Positions 1-13,500 of a DNA stretch of 62,478 bases are shown piece after piece. Made by a program: the position numbers and the translations under genes. The DNA comes from Girardia tigrina (taxonomy: Eukaryota), in the NCBI GenBank assembly GCA_001938485.1, contig MQRK01225273.1, positions 1 to 62,478 of the forward strand, in the 5' to 3' direction. Under the pieces are notes generated by a model that worked only from the letters and a program-made list of their open reading frames with translations, had not been told where the DNA came from and made no database searches. Every line of letters starts with the position of its first letter. Within the stretch, counting starts at the first letter, position 1.

Positions 1-1526
1 TATAATTTATATATTTGTTTAATATATTTTTATATATTTAAAATAATCTGAGAAAGAGAATTCTCTTCTCAGTATTATCTCAAAATATAAAATCTAAATA
101 GGCTAAGTACCTAAAATCAATTTGTAATTTTTGTCAATCCGATTTGTAAATTCTGTTTATAAAAAATAAACTTTATAAATAAAAGAAACTTTGTTTTGAT
201 TTTCTCGTTATTAAGTCATAAATTCACCTAATACACCAACAAAAACTTATGGACGACATAATCGATGCCTTGAATCACATCAACATGTCTCTGCTGTTCC
301 CTTTGCAGAAACTGCATGTCACTGACATATGTCATGACCCTCTCGAGTTAGAACATTTTCGAAAGCTCAAGAGCCCCCAATGGTTATTAAGGGTCAACCA
401 CAACCCAAGGTTATTCAGGAATCTATTCATTTGCTCTCTGACATGTTTGACTGTACACAGTTCTGACGCCTTTTCTCACCTGACATCTGACTAGCAGTGC
501 CAAGCTCGAAGGGCCTGCGGGTTCGATTAAAGACAGGACGGGCTATGGGCCCCCCGCCTAGATCAGTGTCGATCGGGGTTGATTTCATATTGTGTAAGCA
601 CATATTTTCCTCTAGTTAATGCATCGCACATGCTTGTATAAAATGTGTCGACGATTATAATTTGAAGCACTGTTATGTAATATTTAAGACTTGCAGCACT
701 GTTGTGTCTCCATGCGAACTTGTGGTACTGTCGTGTCTGCTTGGTCTAAACCTATTAGTCTGAAACATATTTTTGGATAATGATAACAAATAATAATATC
801 GAAATTTGATCAAAATAGCAAATCGAAAATATCATTTTCCAAAAAACATTTTACGACTATCCACAAATGTTTAAGCTGTATTAAATAGAAAAAGAAATTT
901 TAAATGTTTTGAATGAAATATTTTTTCCACAAAAGATTTTAAAAGTTACTAATAACATAATAAAATGATTTAAAAATATTATAGAAATTTTCCTTTCCAC
1001 AAAAATATAGAAAAAAATTCTGTTGGCCAAGTAGAGTTCTGTCCGCATAAAGAATGGATTAAAAAAATTTTTTTGATTTACTAGTATTTTACATATCATA
1101 TTAATGAAACTTTTTAGAATTTTTAACTAATTTTTTATGAAAATATTATTAAACAATAAAATAAAAATTTTATTTTTCAATGACTTTAAATATCAATCTT
1201 ATTTCAAGGATTTTAAAAACAATGAATAATTTCAATTTATCAGCACAAAGAAATTCACCTAATTCTTCATCATATTAATGGAAAAAAGCCAATTAAAAAG
1301 TTTAATAAAAAACAAATTATTTCAATAATTTAAATAACTTAATTAAAACAAAATATTGGAAACCTAAAAAACAAAAACGAACACTATTTTTAAAGTAAAC
1401 AGTCATTATAAGTTCTTTTTCACCACATAAAGAAAAAAATGAATGAATTTGTAATTTATAATTAAAAACATTTGTTTGTCTGAAGTCGTCTGATGATTAT
1501 ATTAGTAACGGATAATTTGAATTGCA

Positions 1527-1592
1527 ATGATCAATGAAGTCGAGTCGAATATCATCAAACGATACGACATTAAGAACAGAATCGGTGTTGGA
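1527..1592 (+). CDS. MAPK15: MAPK15 exon 1 ([22 protein letters not shown])
   Basis: ATG at 1527, donor GTAAAT at 1593; supplies the first half of the Gly-rich loop; 47-nt intron follows. Confidence 0.9.
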
Positions 1593-4500
1593 GTAAATTT
1601 CAAAGTAAATTAAATTCGTTCTATTTGAGTTGTGTTAAGGCGTACGGGATCGTCTGGAAGGCGATCGATAAGAAAACCGGTGAAAATGTCGCGTTGAAAA
1701 AGATTTTCGATGCTTTTAAAAACGAAACAGACGCGCAGGTGTCACATTTGATCATTGTATCGGTGTATAATCGGTTGGGAGACTCATCGACTTTTATTCT
1801 GTCTCGAATCTATATATATATATATATAAAACAAAAAATAGCCATTTTTCCAAACATTTATTTTTATTTTGCAATACTAGTTTCGCTATCATTAATGAAA
1901 AGAACTCCTTCAATTTTTAAATTGAAGGTAATTTTTACGACAAATAAAGTTTCTGGTTTCTTTTCTAAAAAATCAAAAACTCCATTGAGTGTAGAGGTAA
2001 ATATAATACATCAGTTTAAATGTCACAAGTGTGAATCCTTGTACATTGGAGAGACAAACCGTCACCTTCGAACTAGAATTGCTGAACATACTCAATCGAG
2101 TCGAAACAGTTCCATTCTTAATCATATATTGAATTGTAGGGATCGAGAAAATATAGGGAGTGATAAGGAATTTAGTGTTTTATGTAAAAATTTTGATAAT
2201 TATAAGGGGAGGATAATCACTGAAGCAGTGTTAATTAAGCATTATAAACCATGCTTAAATGTTCAAAGTGATTCCTCAAATTATATTAAAATATTTTAAT
2301 TCTTAGTTTTTTTTGTCTTCTGTTTCTTTTAAGTTTTCTTTTTTTGTGTCTTTTTTCTTTTTGAATAAATAATTAAAATTTTGAATATTGATTTTTAGAC
2401 GTTTTTTCTTGTTATTTTTTTTTAATTAAGAATAAAAAAAGCCTTAAATTGAGTAGTATTGTGTAACAGTCTACCGCTATATAAAAGGGACTTAAACCTG
2501 AAATTTCAATTAGTCAATTGAAGATGCCAATATGGCGAACTAGTATAGCAAAATAAAAATAAATATTTGGAAAAATGGCTTTTTTTTGTTTTATTAACCC
2601 GATTGCCATTGGAATTAATTGAAAAGTATAATATATATATATAGGTAACTCGAAAAAAGCGCCCACGAAAGAATTACATTAAAATAAAAAAGAAATTAAA
2701 TAATTAAAAAAGGATGATAATAGAATAAATAAATGGGTTCACATCAATTAGTCGAGGTGAGAATTTGTAGGAGATTTTTGGATTTTTTTGCAAGATATGT
2801 GATCTTCGAAACGTACAAAAAGAATATTTTCTTTTGAAAATACATGGAATCTCAATTGAGTTTCCATCAAAAAGTACATATTATAACAAAAGAGAAGACT
2901 CATAGTTTAAACGCTGTATATTAAATGATCAGTATTATTTATTTTTGATCAGTATATAAAAAAAATTGACTAGTATATTATTTTTACTTGAAAAGGAACT
3001 GGTAAAATTAGGAAAGAAAAAGAAATAGTTGAATTTTATATTGAATTTTCATTTATTGATCGAAGAATATTACATGAAAATAAAACAAAACTATACTTAA
3101 TTTTTTCCTAAATCTATATAGTTATAGAAGAGCTCTATAGTTCTGCAAAATCCCAACAAATCCATAATATTTTGTATTTTGAAAAAAATAAAAACAAATG
3201 ATAACTAAAATTAAACAATTAATCAATTAATAATGCTTTTGTTGCTTTTAATCGTCTGCCTCTTTTACGTTTTTCACCAATTGGAACATCTTTTGCAGCA
3301 TGCGGTGGCTTCACATATTTTAATCTTATTGATAATCCAATTAAATGTTTGCACGTGTATTGCTTGAGAAAACTTGGACAAGTACATTTTCCTTCAATCC
3401 ATTTGGCTGACATATCATCACTGTTTGGTAAAGTAACAATCAACAAGGCAAAAGCTCTCTTCTTAAATTGGTCGAATGTATTCCATCGTATTTCTTTGAT
3501 ATTTTGTATTTGTTCTTCACTTGAGTTAATTTCGTCACCTGCTGGACAATAATATTCAGTTGAATTTTCAAGTATTGTTGAAGTAACTTTTTTATTGCTT
3601 TTTTTCCCATTGATAACCTTTAGTTCATTTTTAGAGTTCAACAGTTACTTTTTCTTTAAATTGCTTATCATTGTTTGCGTATTGTTTTGACCATTTTGAC
3701 TCGGTGGTCAGACATTGTTCCAAAAACCGAGGTAATGGTATTCTTTCTCTGAATGTTTCTTCTTTTTTATTACTAGATTGTGTGATTCTAACAAATTATT
3801 TTGAGGTGGTGTGTTATGAGCTACTTCTTCGTACCAGTTTTGATGCGTTGATAAATACCACATTTGCTTCATGTATTCGATAAATACCTTTTGTTTTTTG
3901 GTAAGCCACTTTTTGATAAACAAATCTTTTGCTTTTTCAAACACGTCTTAGCTGCATGCCTATTCAAAGTGTATTGATATCTTCCATAATATCTTTATGA
4001 AATGTCTCATTAGCTATGTTAGAAGACAAAAGATCTGCACTGGAATATATTTAATAAAAAACTAAATCACAAACATACATACATCAGTTATATACAGAAT
4101 AAAAGGAGAGTCAAAGGTTAAATCTGTTCTCGACCCCGTCATAGTTATATAATACAAATTTAGAATTATTCTAAATTTGTTGATTATGTAATATTTATTT
4201 AATTAATTTAAATTTAATTTTATAACATCTCACATCCCCCTCATTTTAAAATGTTTCAACCACTCTATATTCCTCACCAATAATTTTCCGTTTTTATCTT
4301 GTAATTCATAGCTTCTGTCATGTCACTGTTTATGAATTTTCATCGACCCCTCGTAACGGTTATCATCTTTATTACTTTTGTTTTCAACCTTTACGAGAAT
4401 ATTCCTTATCGTAAAGAACTATATTTATATGTTTGGGTAGTTCCTTCGGATATGCATAGCATTGGATTTTCCGAATTTTGTTACAGTTTCTGTATGAATG

Positions 4501-7500
4501 TCGTTCTTTTTTACAGTTGAAGCATTTGATTTCTTCTTTCTGATTCCTTTGATCTTTGAATTGGCATAATATTTTCTCTGATTTGAAGTGTTTCTCGAGA
4601 AGTTATTTGCCGGTATATTCTGAAAGTTTCTTTTCTTTTTCACCATCTGAGCAAAAATTTCTTTTCGATTGATGACTGCTACTTCGTTGTCTTCTAGAAC
4701 ATATTCCATTTTATTGACAATACTTTTGATATCTTCAATTTTCGTCGCATTGCGCATTTTTAGCTCTTTCTTTGTTTCCACATTTTTCACACAATGGACC
4801 ATGAAATAGGACGTTAATTCCTCTTTATTACATTTGTGAGACAACAGTTTGTCGACCATTTTATCGATCTTCTGAAAAAACAGTGCAGCTGGATCACTTC
4901 CTTTTTCATAATTGTATAGATTCATGAAGTCCGGAATCAATGAAGATGGTTTCTCGAAAGCCGCTTTCAACCTTTCATCGAACTTGGTTATCTTTGGATC
5001 TACAGCTTCATAAATTGAAATTAGGTTCTTGTTCAACAGTCCTTTGACGAATACATTTTGGACGTCTCCTTCAATTTTGTAAATTTCCAAGAATCTATTG
5101 TAATCCGTAATAAATTCGTTGATGTCTTGTTGTCCATTGAACGCTTGCGGAATCATATGATTGAGAAAATTTGCGTAGGTAAGCCATGCTAGAAGACAAA
5201 CGATCTGCACTAAAATATATTTAATACAAAACTAAATCACAAACACACATCAGTTATATACAGAATAAAAGGTGAGTCAAAGGTTAACTCTGTTCTCGAC
5301 CCCGTAATAGTTATATAATACAAATTAAGAATTATTCTAAATTTGTTGATTGTGTAATATTTATTTAATTAACTTAAATTTAATTTTATAACATCTCACA
5401 GGCTAAATGAATATTCTTCACCATGCATATGAACCCAGCACATGATTAGCAAAACATTTTCTCCAAACAGTTATTTGAAAGCATTACGAATTGCATCGGA
5501 ACCATCAAATATTAATGTGTCTACTTTAATTTTTTCACAAATTTTGTCAGTTGATTCTACCAAAGCTTGGAAAATAATTGCCAAGTCTGGTTTCGCTTCA
5601 TTTATGCAGATGTTGATACCATAAATATGAAAATGCCGGTCTAAATCAGTTGTACCACTTATCAAAACTGGCTTGCCTTCCCAAATCAATTTACTATAAA
5701 AGTATTATTACAGATTTTTCGAAGAAATTTACTACAAAAAATATTATCACAAATTCGGTGACGAAATTTACTACAAGAAATATTATCACAGATTCGGCAT
5801 CGAAATAATACCGGTGAATCAATTTTGTTATCAATCAAATTAATTATATTACTAATCAAATCAATAAAATACATATTGACATATTTTATTACAGATCGGT
5901 TATTTTATATACTGATCAATCGGGAATTTATCAATATATACTGATCAATTTAAATAAAATACTTTTAATTTATTTAAATTACTGATTTTTTAAAGAAAAA
6001 AATACTGATCAATTAAATACAAGCCTAGTGGAAATAATTATATTTAATTATTTATTTAGTTGCTGTAACAATATTTTTAAGCAATCTTTTTTTCTAAAAA
6101 ATCTAATAGAGTTTTGGTCTGTACGACAATTAGTCGGGGGATTTAGGATCGACAATTTATTCAAAATGACAATTTATTATGGTCGATAACTGGTCAGCAA
6201 GATATATGTTCGTTGAAGTGTACAAATTTTTTCGGTACTATATATAAATATATTTACTAAGTTAATTAATAATTATTAATAACAATTAATAAATTAAGTA
6301 AAAGACAGATATATTATAAATTAAAAGAAACATTAACAAATTTAACAATTTATTATAAAACATAAATATTAATTACTAATCAAATCAATAAAATACATAT
6401 TGACATATTTTATTACAGATCGGTTATTTTATATACTGATCAATCGGGAATATATCGGATATTCTTCTTCCATCATCAGCAATTATTTTTGTGAATTACT
6501 TCTCCTCTTTTTTATTAATGTTACTTTTTAATAAATTTAAATTACTACACAACAATTAAAATGAAAAAAATCAAAATTAAAATGAAAAAAGGAAAAAAAA
6601 TAAATTAAAAAATCCAGGATGAAATTTAAAGCGGACAAAAAATCCCCGATGAATTGTCACCTTCATTAAAATTGTCTTCCAATCATAAATCCCTGACGAT
6701 TTGTCGCCGCGACAAAAAATACTCAACTATCTTTCAAACATATTTTTCTGCATCTGTGAAGTAATTTTCTCCATGTTTTGCTTTTATCTGTATGAATTTC
6801 AAGTGTGTTTTTACTCAATCATTATTTAAACTGATTTTTCAAAAAGTTTTTTTTTAAATCTTTACTGTAAGTATCATTATTTCGACTATTGTTACATTGC
6901 TTAAATCTCAAATAATAAGTTACAAAAATTATTATAAAAATTAAAAAAGTTGTATAATAATAATAGTCAAAATAATGTTACTTTCAGTTAAAATTTAAAC
7001 AAAAATAAAAATTATGTTTGGGCGCTCTTATCCGGATACCATATATAAATTTATTAAAAAATAATTTTGCTAGAGTTTTTTTAAGGAATTGTACATGTAT
7101 CGGATATTCTTCTTCCATCATCAGCAATTATTTTTGTGAATTACTTCTCCTCTTTTTTATTAATGTTACTTTTTAATAAATTTAAATTGATTAAACTTAA
7201 ATTATTAAAAGGGAACAATGTAATTAAATATTTATTTAATATTTAATAAATATTTCGGCGACATGCGGGGTTGCAATAGAATGTTTGCAAGACCTCCACT
7301 TGTGCGCCTCGAGCAGCGCCAGATCACGGTCCACCAAAATTGTCAGAGTCAAGCGAACATCCAATTATAATAGCCTCATTTATCGCTCATCATTGCCAAA
7401 TAAAATCTAAATACACAGGACAAAAATAAAACAAAGCTTTTCAAGATAACAATCCCATTACCAAGTCACTCAAATCATATATTAAACTATCACATCTTAC

Positions 7501-10500
7501 GGGAACATACAATAATTAAAAAACATTTAACCAAAAATATATCGATCGCGATCAATTCGATTCTCGCAAACCAACCATTGGCAGCTTTGGATTGCCGTTT
7601 GAGAAAAAGATATGTTTACTCTATTGTTCCATACTTTACAAGGTAACTGAGACATATAATAAAGATGAAAATTGACAGCCAACCAAAAGGTAATCTTTGA
7701 GATCAAACTCATTGGATGAAAATGAGTTTATTTCCTTTTCCATAAAATGACATATATTTTTATACAAATTTACTTTGCTATGTTTATATTTTGACGATAA
7801 AATCAATAATTTTGTGAATGATTTGGAAAGAACAAAGAAATTCGAAACCAAATGATCGAATGTGTTATTATGCTGAATGACCCAGTCTAAAACCTGGAAC
7901 AGTTGAGATAACACACTGTTTTCTCAAATTGCCATTTGGTCACATATTTCATTCAAATTGCATCGATGAAGTTTCGTATTATTTTTGGTTTGTTATTATG
8001 AGGGGTTAATTTAATGTTTTATCTCGCCTGAATAATTTATTATTTTTTTTAATTTAAAGGGTAAAATATTTTTATGTTAATATGCTTATTCAATATTTTA
8101 AAATTAAAAATGATATAATAAAAGAAAATCATAAAAAATAAAATATTTATTTAAAAATAAAAAATATCTTTTAATGTATCTATTATAATATCTTAAAATT
8201 AAAAATATCAAGAAAACAAAAATATTAAATATTTATTTATAAATAAAAATATTTTTAGTAAGTAATTTTAAAAAACTTTGAAATAAATTTTGAAAATAAA
8301 GTTTAAATAATTTTCGAAATAAATTTTCAGGATTTTAAAAATTAAATCGAGAAGAATTTAATGGATTAATTTGGGTCAAGATAATTAAATTAAATTAACA
8401 GGAACATTTGTTTTAAAGATGTGAATTGTTATATAAATAAATTTTGGTGTTAAAAAAATGAATCCTGATATTGAAGTTGCAACCACTTCTCACAGATATG
8501 AAGACTAAAATTGAGTGGATTGCTTGATAACACTTTACATTGTTGATTGCAGATATTGAACATTTGTATTCTTACTTTAATTTGAAACTAAATCCAAAGT
8601 CCAAAGTTTTTTATGCCTTTCATTGGAGTTATGGAGAAAATCATAGAACAACATAATTATATTATTCGATTCGATAAATCTTGAACCATTTGAAAATCTA
8701 ACGCACCAAATAGACACACAAGTTTTAGTGAACGAAAATAAAAAGGTAAAATGATCATGAGTATATTAGACCAATGGATCAAAAAAGGATATTCGGTAGA
8801 AAATAATTAGCAAAAATGAGAAAGTCTGAGGGATGGCCCTGATTTATGGTATGATGGACTCAAAGAATAAATCAAACCGGTATTTATTTTCAAGTATTAA
8901 ACAAGTATATCGATGTATACAGTGTTCTTTGGATTTGTATGCAAAAAGTTACGTGAGTGGAGTAAAAAAGTAAAAGTTTTTCGATATCAGATTTTCCAAA
9001 TGCGTACACACATGGCGATTTCAATCATGCATGATCAATGGTAAACGTTTACTTTGATTTGCATGGGATTTGGTTTTAATAAAGTCTTAAAACATTTAAC
9101 GATGAGTATTATCATCAGATTCGAAGCTACTAATGGATCTTATATTGGCAATATAATAATGACGAACCAAGAGTTGATTTTATAATAATAAATTGGAAAA
9201 TTTCAGTAAAGATTTTTTAAAATATAATAAAAGTAATGTTGTAAAATTAATTTTGAAGATTTATAAATTTAATTAAAATAAATGAATTTTAATGAGATTT
9301 TTAAAGGATTTCATTATCTATATGTATAAATGGTTTGTGCAAAAGAAAAATTGTTCAACGAAAATTTGTTCGAAAATATGTAATTAATAAAATTTTGATG
9401 TTATGAATTCAATTTATGATATCGAACTTAACATATAGTTTTAAAAATCTGTGATTATCCCAGACCAATTATACACTGTCAGATTTGTAATTGAGTGTTG
9501 TTAATTATTTTTTTAAGCGTACATTTAGAGAAATAGCGTTTTTACAAGAATTCATTGAACATCCGAATATAATCACTTTAATTAATGTGAGAAAAGCGGA
9601 CAACAATCGCGATATTTATCTGGTATTTGAGTTAATGGGTCTGAGAGTTTTCTATTTTAAGAAATACTTCCATATTGCTCTCCATCAAGAACAAACTTTT
9701 TTCAAATCTTTCCTTTATGATCATTCTAAAAATTGTTTTTCATTATTTTTCATAAAGCAAAATTAAATTTTTTTTCTGCAAACATTTGAATTTAAGTAGG
9801 AATACTTGCTGCACCGGTTGAGTAAGTAAGGGGACTGCGAAGTCTTGTATCACGTAACAAAAAAAAGATAAGACAGTCCATATAATTGTGTTTTTAATAA
9901 TGACTAGATTTCCATTTCTATACTAATGTCAGCCGATCCTTTTTCCCATCAAAACAGTTTTGGTCTTCATCACAGTATACAATGAATTCAAACAAAATAT
10001 TCTGCACATATATTTCTCTGTATTAATTAATAATTACCTAAAAAATAATAATAATAATTAATTAATAAAAAAAATTGTTTTTTATTCTTAATATTTTTCT
10101 CGGTTTCTAAATCGAATCAAATTCTGCTTATAATAATAATTTTCTATTGTAATAAGAATTTCCATTTTTCTTTCGAACTTCTAAAATATATAGATAAATT
10201 AAATAAATAATTAATTTCAAGTTTTAACTTTAAAGCTTACTTATATTTATTTCCCTATTCTGCTCAAACATGTATCATAATCTTTCGAATTTCACTTCCA
10301 CACACATACATGTAACCTTTGTTGCAGGTCCTTGTGATCATTTAGTGCTATTCCTCCACTATTTTGATACACTGGACGGTCAATCGAATTTCCCATCATC
10401 AAATATTGATAAGTAACCATTCTTGAACTAACTGAACCAATCATAGATTATACTGCTTGATGGGCATTAATTTGCATAACTTTCCTTATAATATTATTGT

Positions 10501-13500
10501 ACTTTTTTATTTATTTCGGTATCAAATGGAAAAATATATAGGAAATGATAAATGATATTACCTAGTACTAATAATGCCTTACAGGGTTACAAATTATTAT
10601 TATAATACTAAGCTGTCTAGTCTTGACCGGATATTTATTGAGCGTATTGCGTAAAGATAATTTCCTCTATTTATTGTTTAAAAACAATTAAAATATGTGA
10701 AACAAGATAGTGGAAAAGAAAGGTGAAAAAAATTCTTTCTTGAAAAGATAGGCGAAATATGGAAGAATTACCTATTCGATTTTGTTTTTAATGCATTTAA
10801 CACAGATTCGGATTTACATAATGTTATTAAACGCGGAAATTTACTCAAGACGATCCACAAGGAATACATCATTTATCAGATTCTGCGGGCGCTGAAATAC
10901 ATTCATTCTGGTAATGTAATTCACCGCGATCTGAAGGTAATTATTATTATTGTTATAACTATTATGATTATGATTATTACTATTATCAATGATAATTTAT
11001 CATTAATGTTATTGTTATAATAGTAATTGTTATTATTATTACTATTATTATGAATAATATTAATACTATTACTATTGTTAAATATAACATTATTATTATT
11101 ATTACTAATGATTATGATTATTACAAATGAAGACATCACTCCATTGTCAGGGATGTATGAAATAGCAGGAATATATGAAGTAGTAGCGCAGATTGATTTT
11201 ATTGTATCAGAGATTGATGTAGTAGCACAGATTGATGACATAGTAGCAGGGATTGTAACACTAGGTGAAGTGACTGAAGTCACAGACTTCTTCGGAATGA
11301 CTTGGAAGAAATTGATGATGGTCTTGTGTGTCGTCATGTTGTATTACAATCAAAGTAATATGACAAGGTAGGATCAATTACAATGACAATATGCACTGCA
11401 TAGTATGCAGTAAGAGTAAGCTCAGAATAATGATAGATATAAAACAGAAAATGTGTGTTTGTGTGGGTATTTGTTTGGATGTAAATGATTCCCTCATACC
11501 ACGTCAATCCATGTGTGCACACTTTCTTTCTCTCTCACCCACGTTACCTACACTACTCTCTGTCACCCTATAGGTCTGCTGTTCAGTTGTTCTGTATACA
11601 TTTTGACTACTACTAGACTATAGATATGGTATATGCATAAATATGACTCCCTATTTCTTTTTCATTTGTATTTTTTACATGGGGGTCAGACTTGCGTTTG
11701 GGGGGCCGGGCCTGCCGACGTTACAGGCCTGTACTAATGAGTTTCCATTATAAATCAAAACTCAGAATAATTCTGCAATCTTTATTTTTAACAACTTAAA
11801 ATTTGCTCCTTTGTATTATTTAAATAACTTTATTTCAAGAGAATTTTTATAAGAATATTATGAAGTCCATAAAAGATAATATTAGGTATATAATTTTTTT
11901 TTATAAATTATTTATCCTTACAAAATACTTGACAATATTTCAATTCAATATTCAACAAAATTTCTATCAAAAACTTGACAAATTTTCTCTCAAAATTTCC
12001 AAAATTAATTATTTAATGAAAATCATGTCTTGCTCAAGATTCGCTCTGATTGGTTGATTACTCGACTCGATTTTCCTGGACACACACATACTTCGATCAC
12101 CAAAAACAATCAATACTCCCCACAATGCAGTATAATAAGACGAACAAAATTCAATTAATGAATTTTGGATTTTTTTTTCAATAATGAACAACGGAAAAAA
12201 ATCTTGGGGATACAGCATTAAAAGCCACTTACATCAACAAAGCCCGTTCTTCATCCAAAAAAGGTTTTGCTTAGTGTATGGTAGGAATGTAAGGGAATCA
12301 TTTATTTCGAATTGCTTCCCAACAAAGACACAATTAATTCTGACAAATATTGTCAACAATTATCAAAATTGGATGCAGCAATAAATTATCCTTCGAATCT
12401 CGTTACCTTCAAAACTCCCTCACTTGAAAGAAATGTGAAAATTCAGAAGGTTTCAAAAAGTATTTGTAGAAGTTTTTTTGCGAGCAAAAATCAAAGCTTT
12501 TACGAGAGGCATAACGAGTCTTGAACAGAGATGAAGAAGGGTGGTAGAGAGCAACGGAAAATATTTTATTGAATAACTACGCTTATATAAACTTTTAAAA
12601 ACCTCCAAACTCTCATTAAAAATGCTACGAATTTTCCGAACAACGTAATATATTTTATATATCTTCATATATAGCAATAAAACAATAAATATATCAGCAA
12701 TTCTCATTCAATAAATAACAGAAAAATTTTGATTTGAATCGTCTTTGGGCAACGAGAGAGAGGAATTTATAAATAAATATAATGATAGATAATTTATAAC
12801 TTAAATTACGAAACAATTATCATTAATGTTCTTGTTATCATTATATTAATTATTGTTATTATTATTAAATATAATTTTAAAATAATTTTCATCATTTTAA
12901 AATTTAATTTAACATTTTATTTTTTCATTTATTCAGCCTGTTTATTATGAAAATATTATTAAATTATTATTAAATTAATTTTAAAAAATATAATTTAGAA
13001 AAATAAAATTTTCTTTTAAAATAAAAACATATTTTTGTTAAATTGTCAATGTGGTATAGATTATTTTTTTTATCAAAGCTAATATAAAAGACATCTTTTT
13101 TCCATGGATTAAAACCAATATTTTTGTCAGCCTTCCAACGTATTACTCGACACAAATTGTACCGTTAAGTTGTGCGACTTCGGCTTGACGAGATCTTTAC
13201 ATCAAATAGAAGCTGTAAATAATCGGACTGAAGGAATGGATGACTTTAACACAGATCCCACATTGACTGAATATGTCGCCACTCGATGGTACCGAGCTCC
13301 GGAAATACTACTCGGTTCTACCAAGTATACCAAAGCCGTAGATTTATGGAGTGTCGGTTGTATCCTTGCAGAAATATTGCTAGGGAAAGCTCTTTTCACC
13401 GGTTCTTCTTCTTTAAATCAAATTGAAAAAATCGTCTCAGCTCTTCCAAGACCCAGCGAAGAAGGTGAAATAGAAAATACAATATATATATAATATTAAC

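Larger units (their letters stand above)
2644..7040 (-). mobile_element. Degenerate Mutator (MULE) element; transposase pseudogene about 3219-5690 with DDE core and SWIM finger, split by an LTR element
   Basis: Fragments [27 protein letters not shown] and [18 protein letters not shown]; imperfect terminal inverted repeats (TIRs) GGTAACTCGAAAAAAGCGCCCA / TGGGCGCTCTTATCCGGATACC; boundaries uncertain. Confidence 0.75.

Noticed and set aside
249-760. GC-richer upstream block with an 81-aa ORF and a GGTTCGA B-box-like string (tRNA or SINE?)
   Set aside because: No cloverleaf or A-box, and no recognisable protein. CAGTGCC..GGGCCCC at about 495 looks like a hAT MITE end, but I found no partner TIR.
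1625-2299. 224-aa ORF that looks like a kinase/GIY-YIG fusion protein
   Set aside because: It is chance read-through from MAPK15 exon 2 across the GT donor at 1739 and a (TA)n tract into a Penelope fragment; the kinase continues properly at 9518.
10921-11371. Overlapping ORFs rich in N and I
   Set aside because: Largely produced by ATT/AAT low complexity plus a TE fragment; not a host gene.
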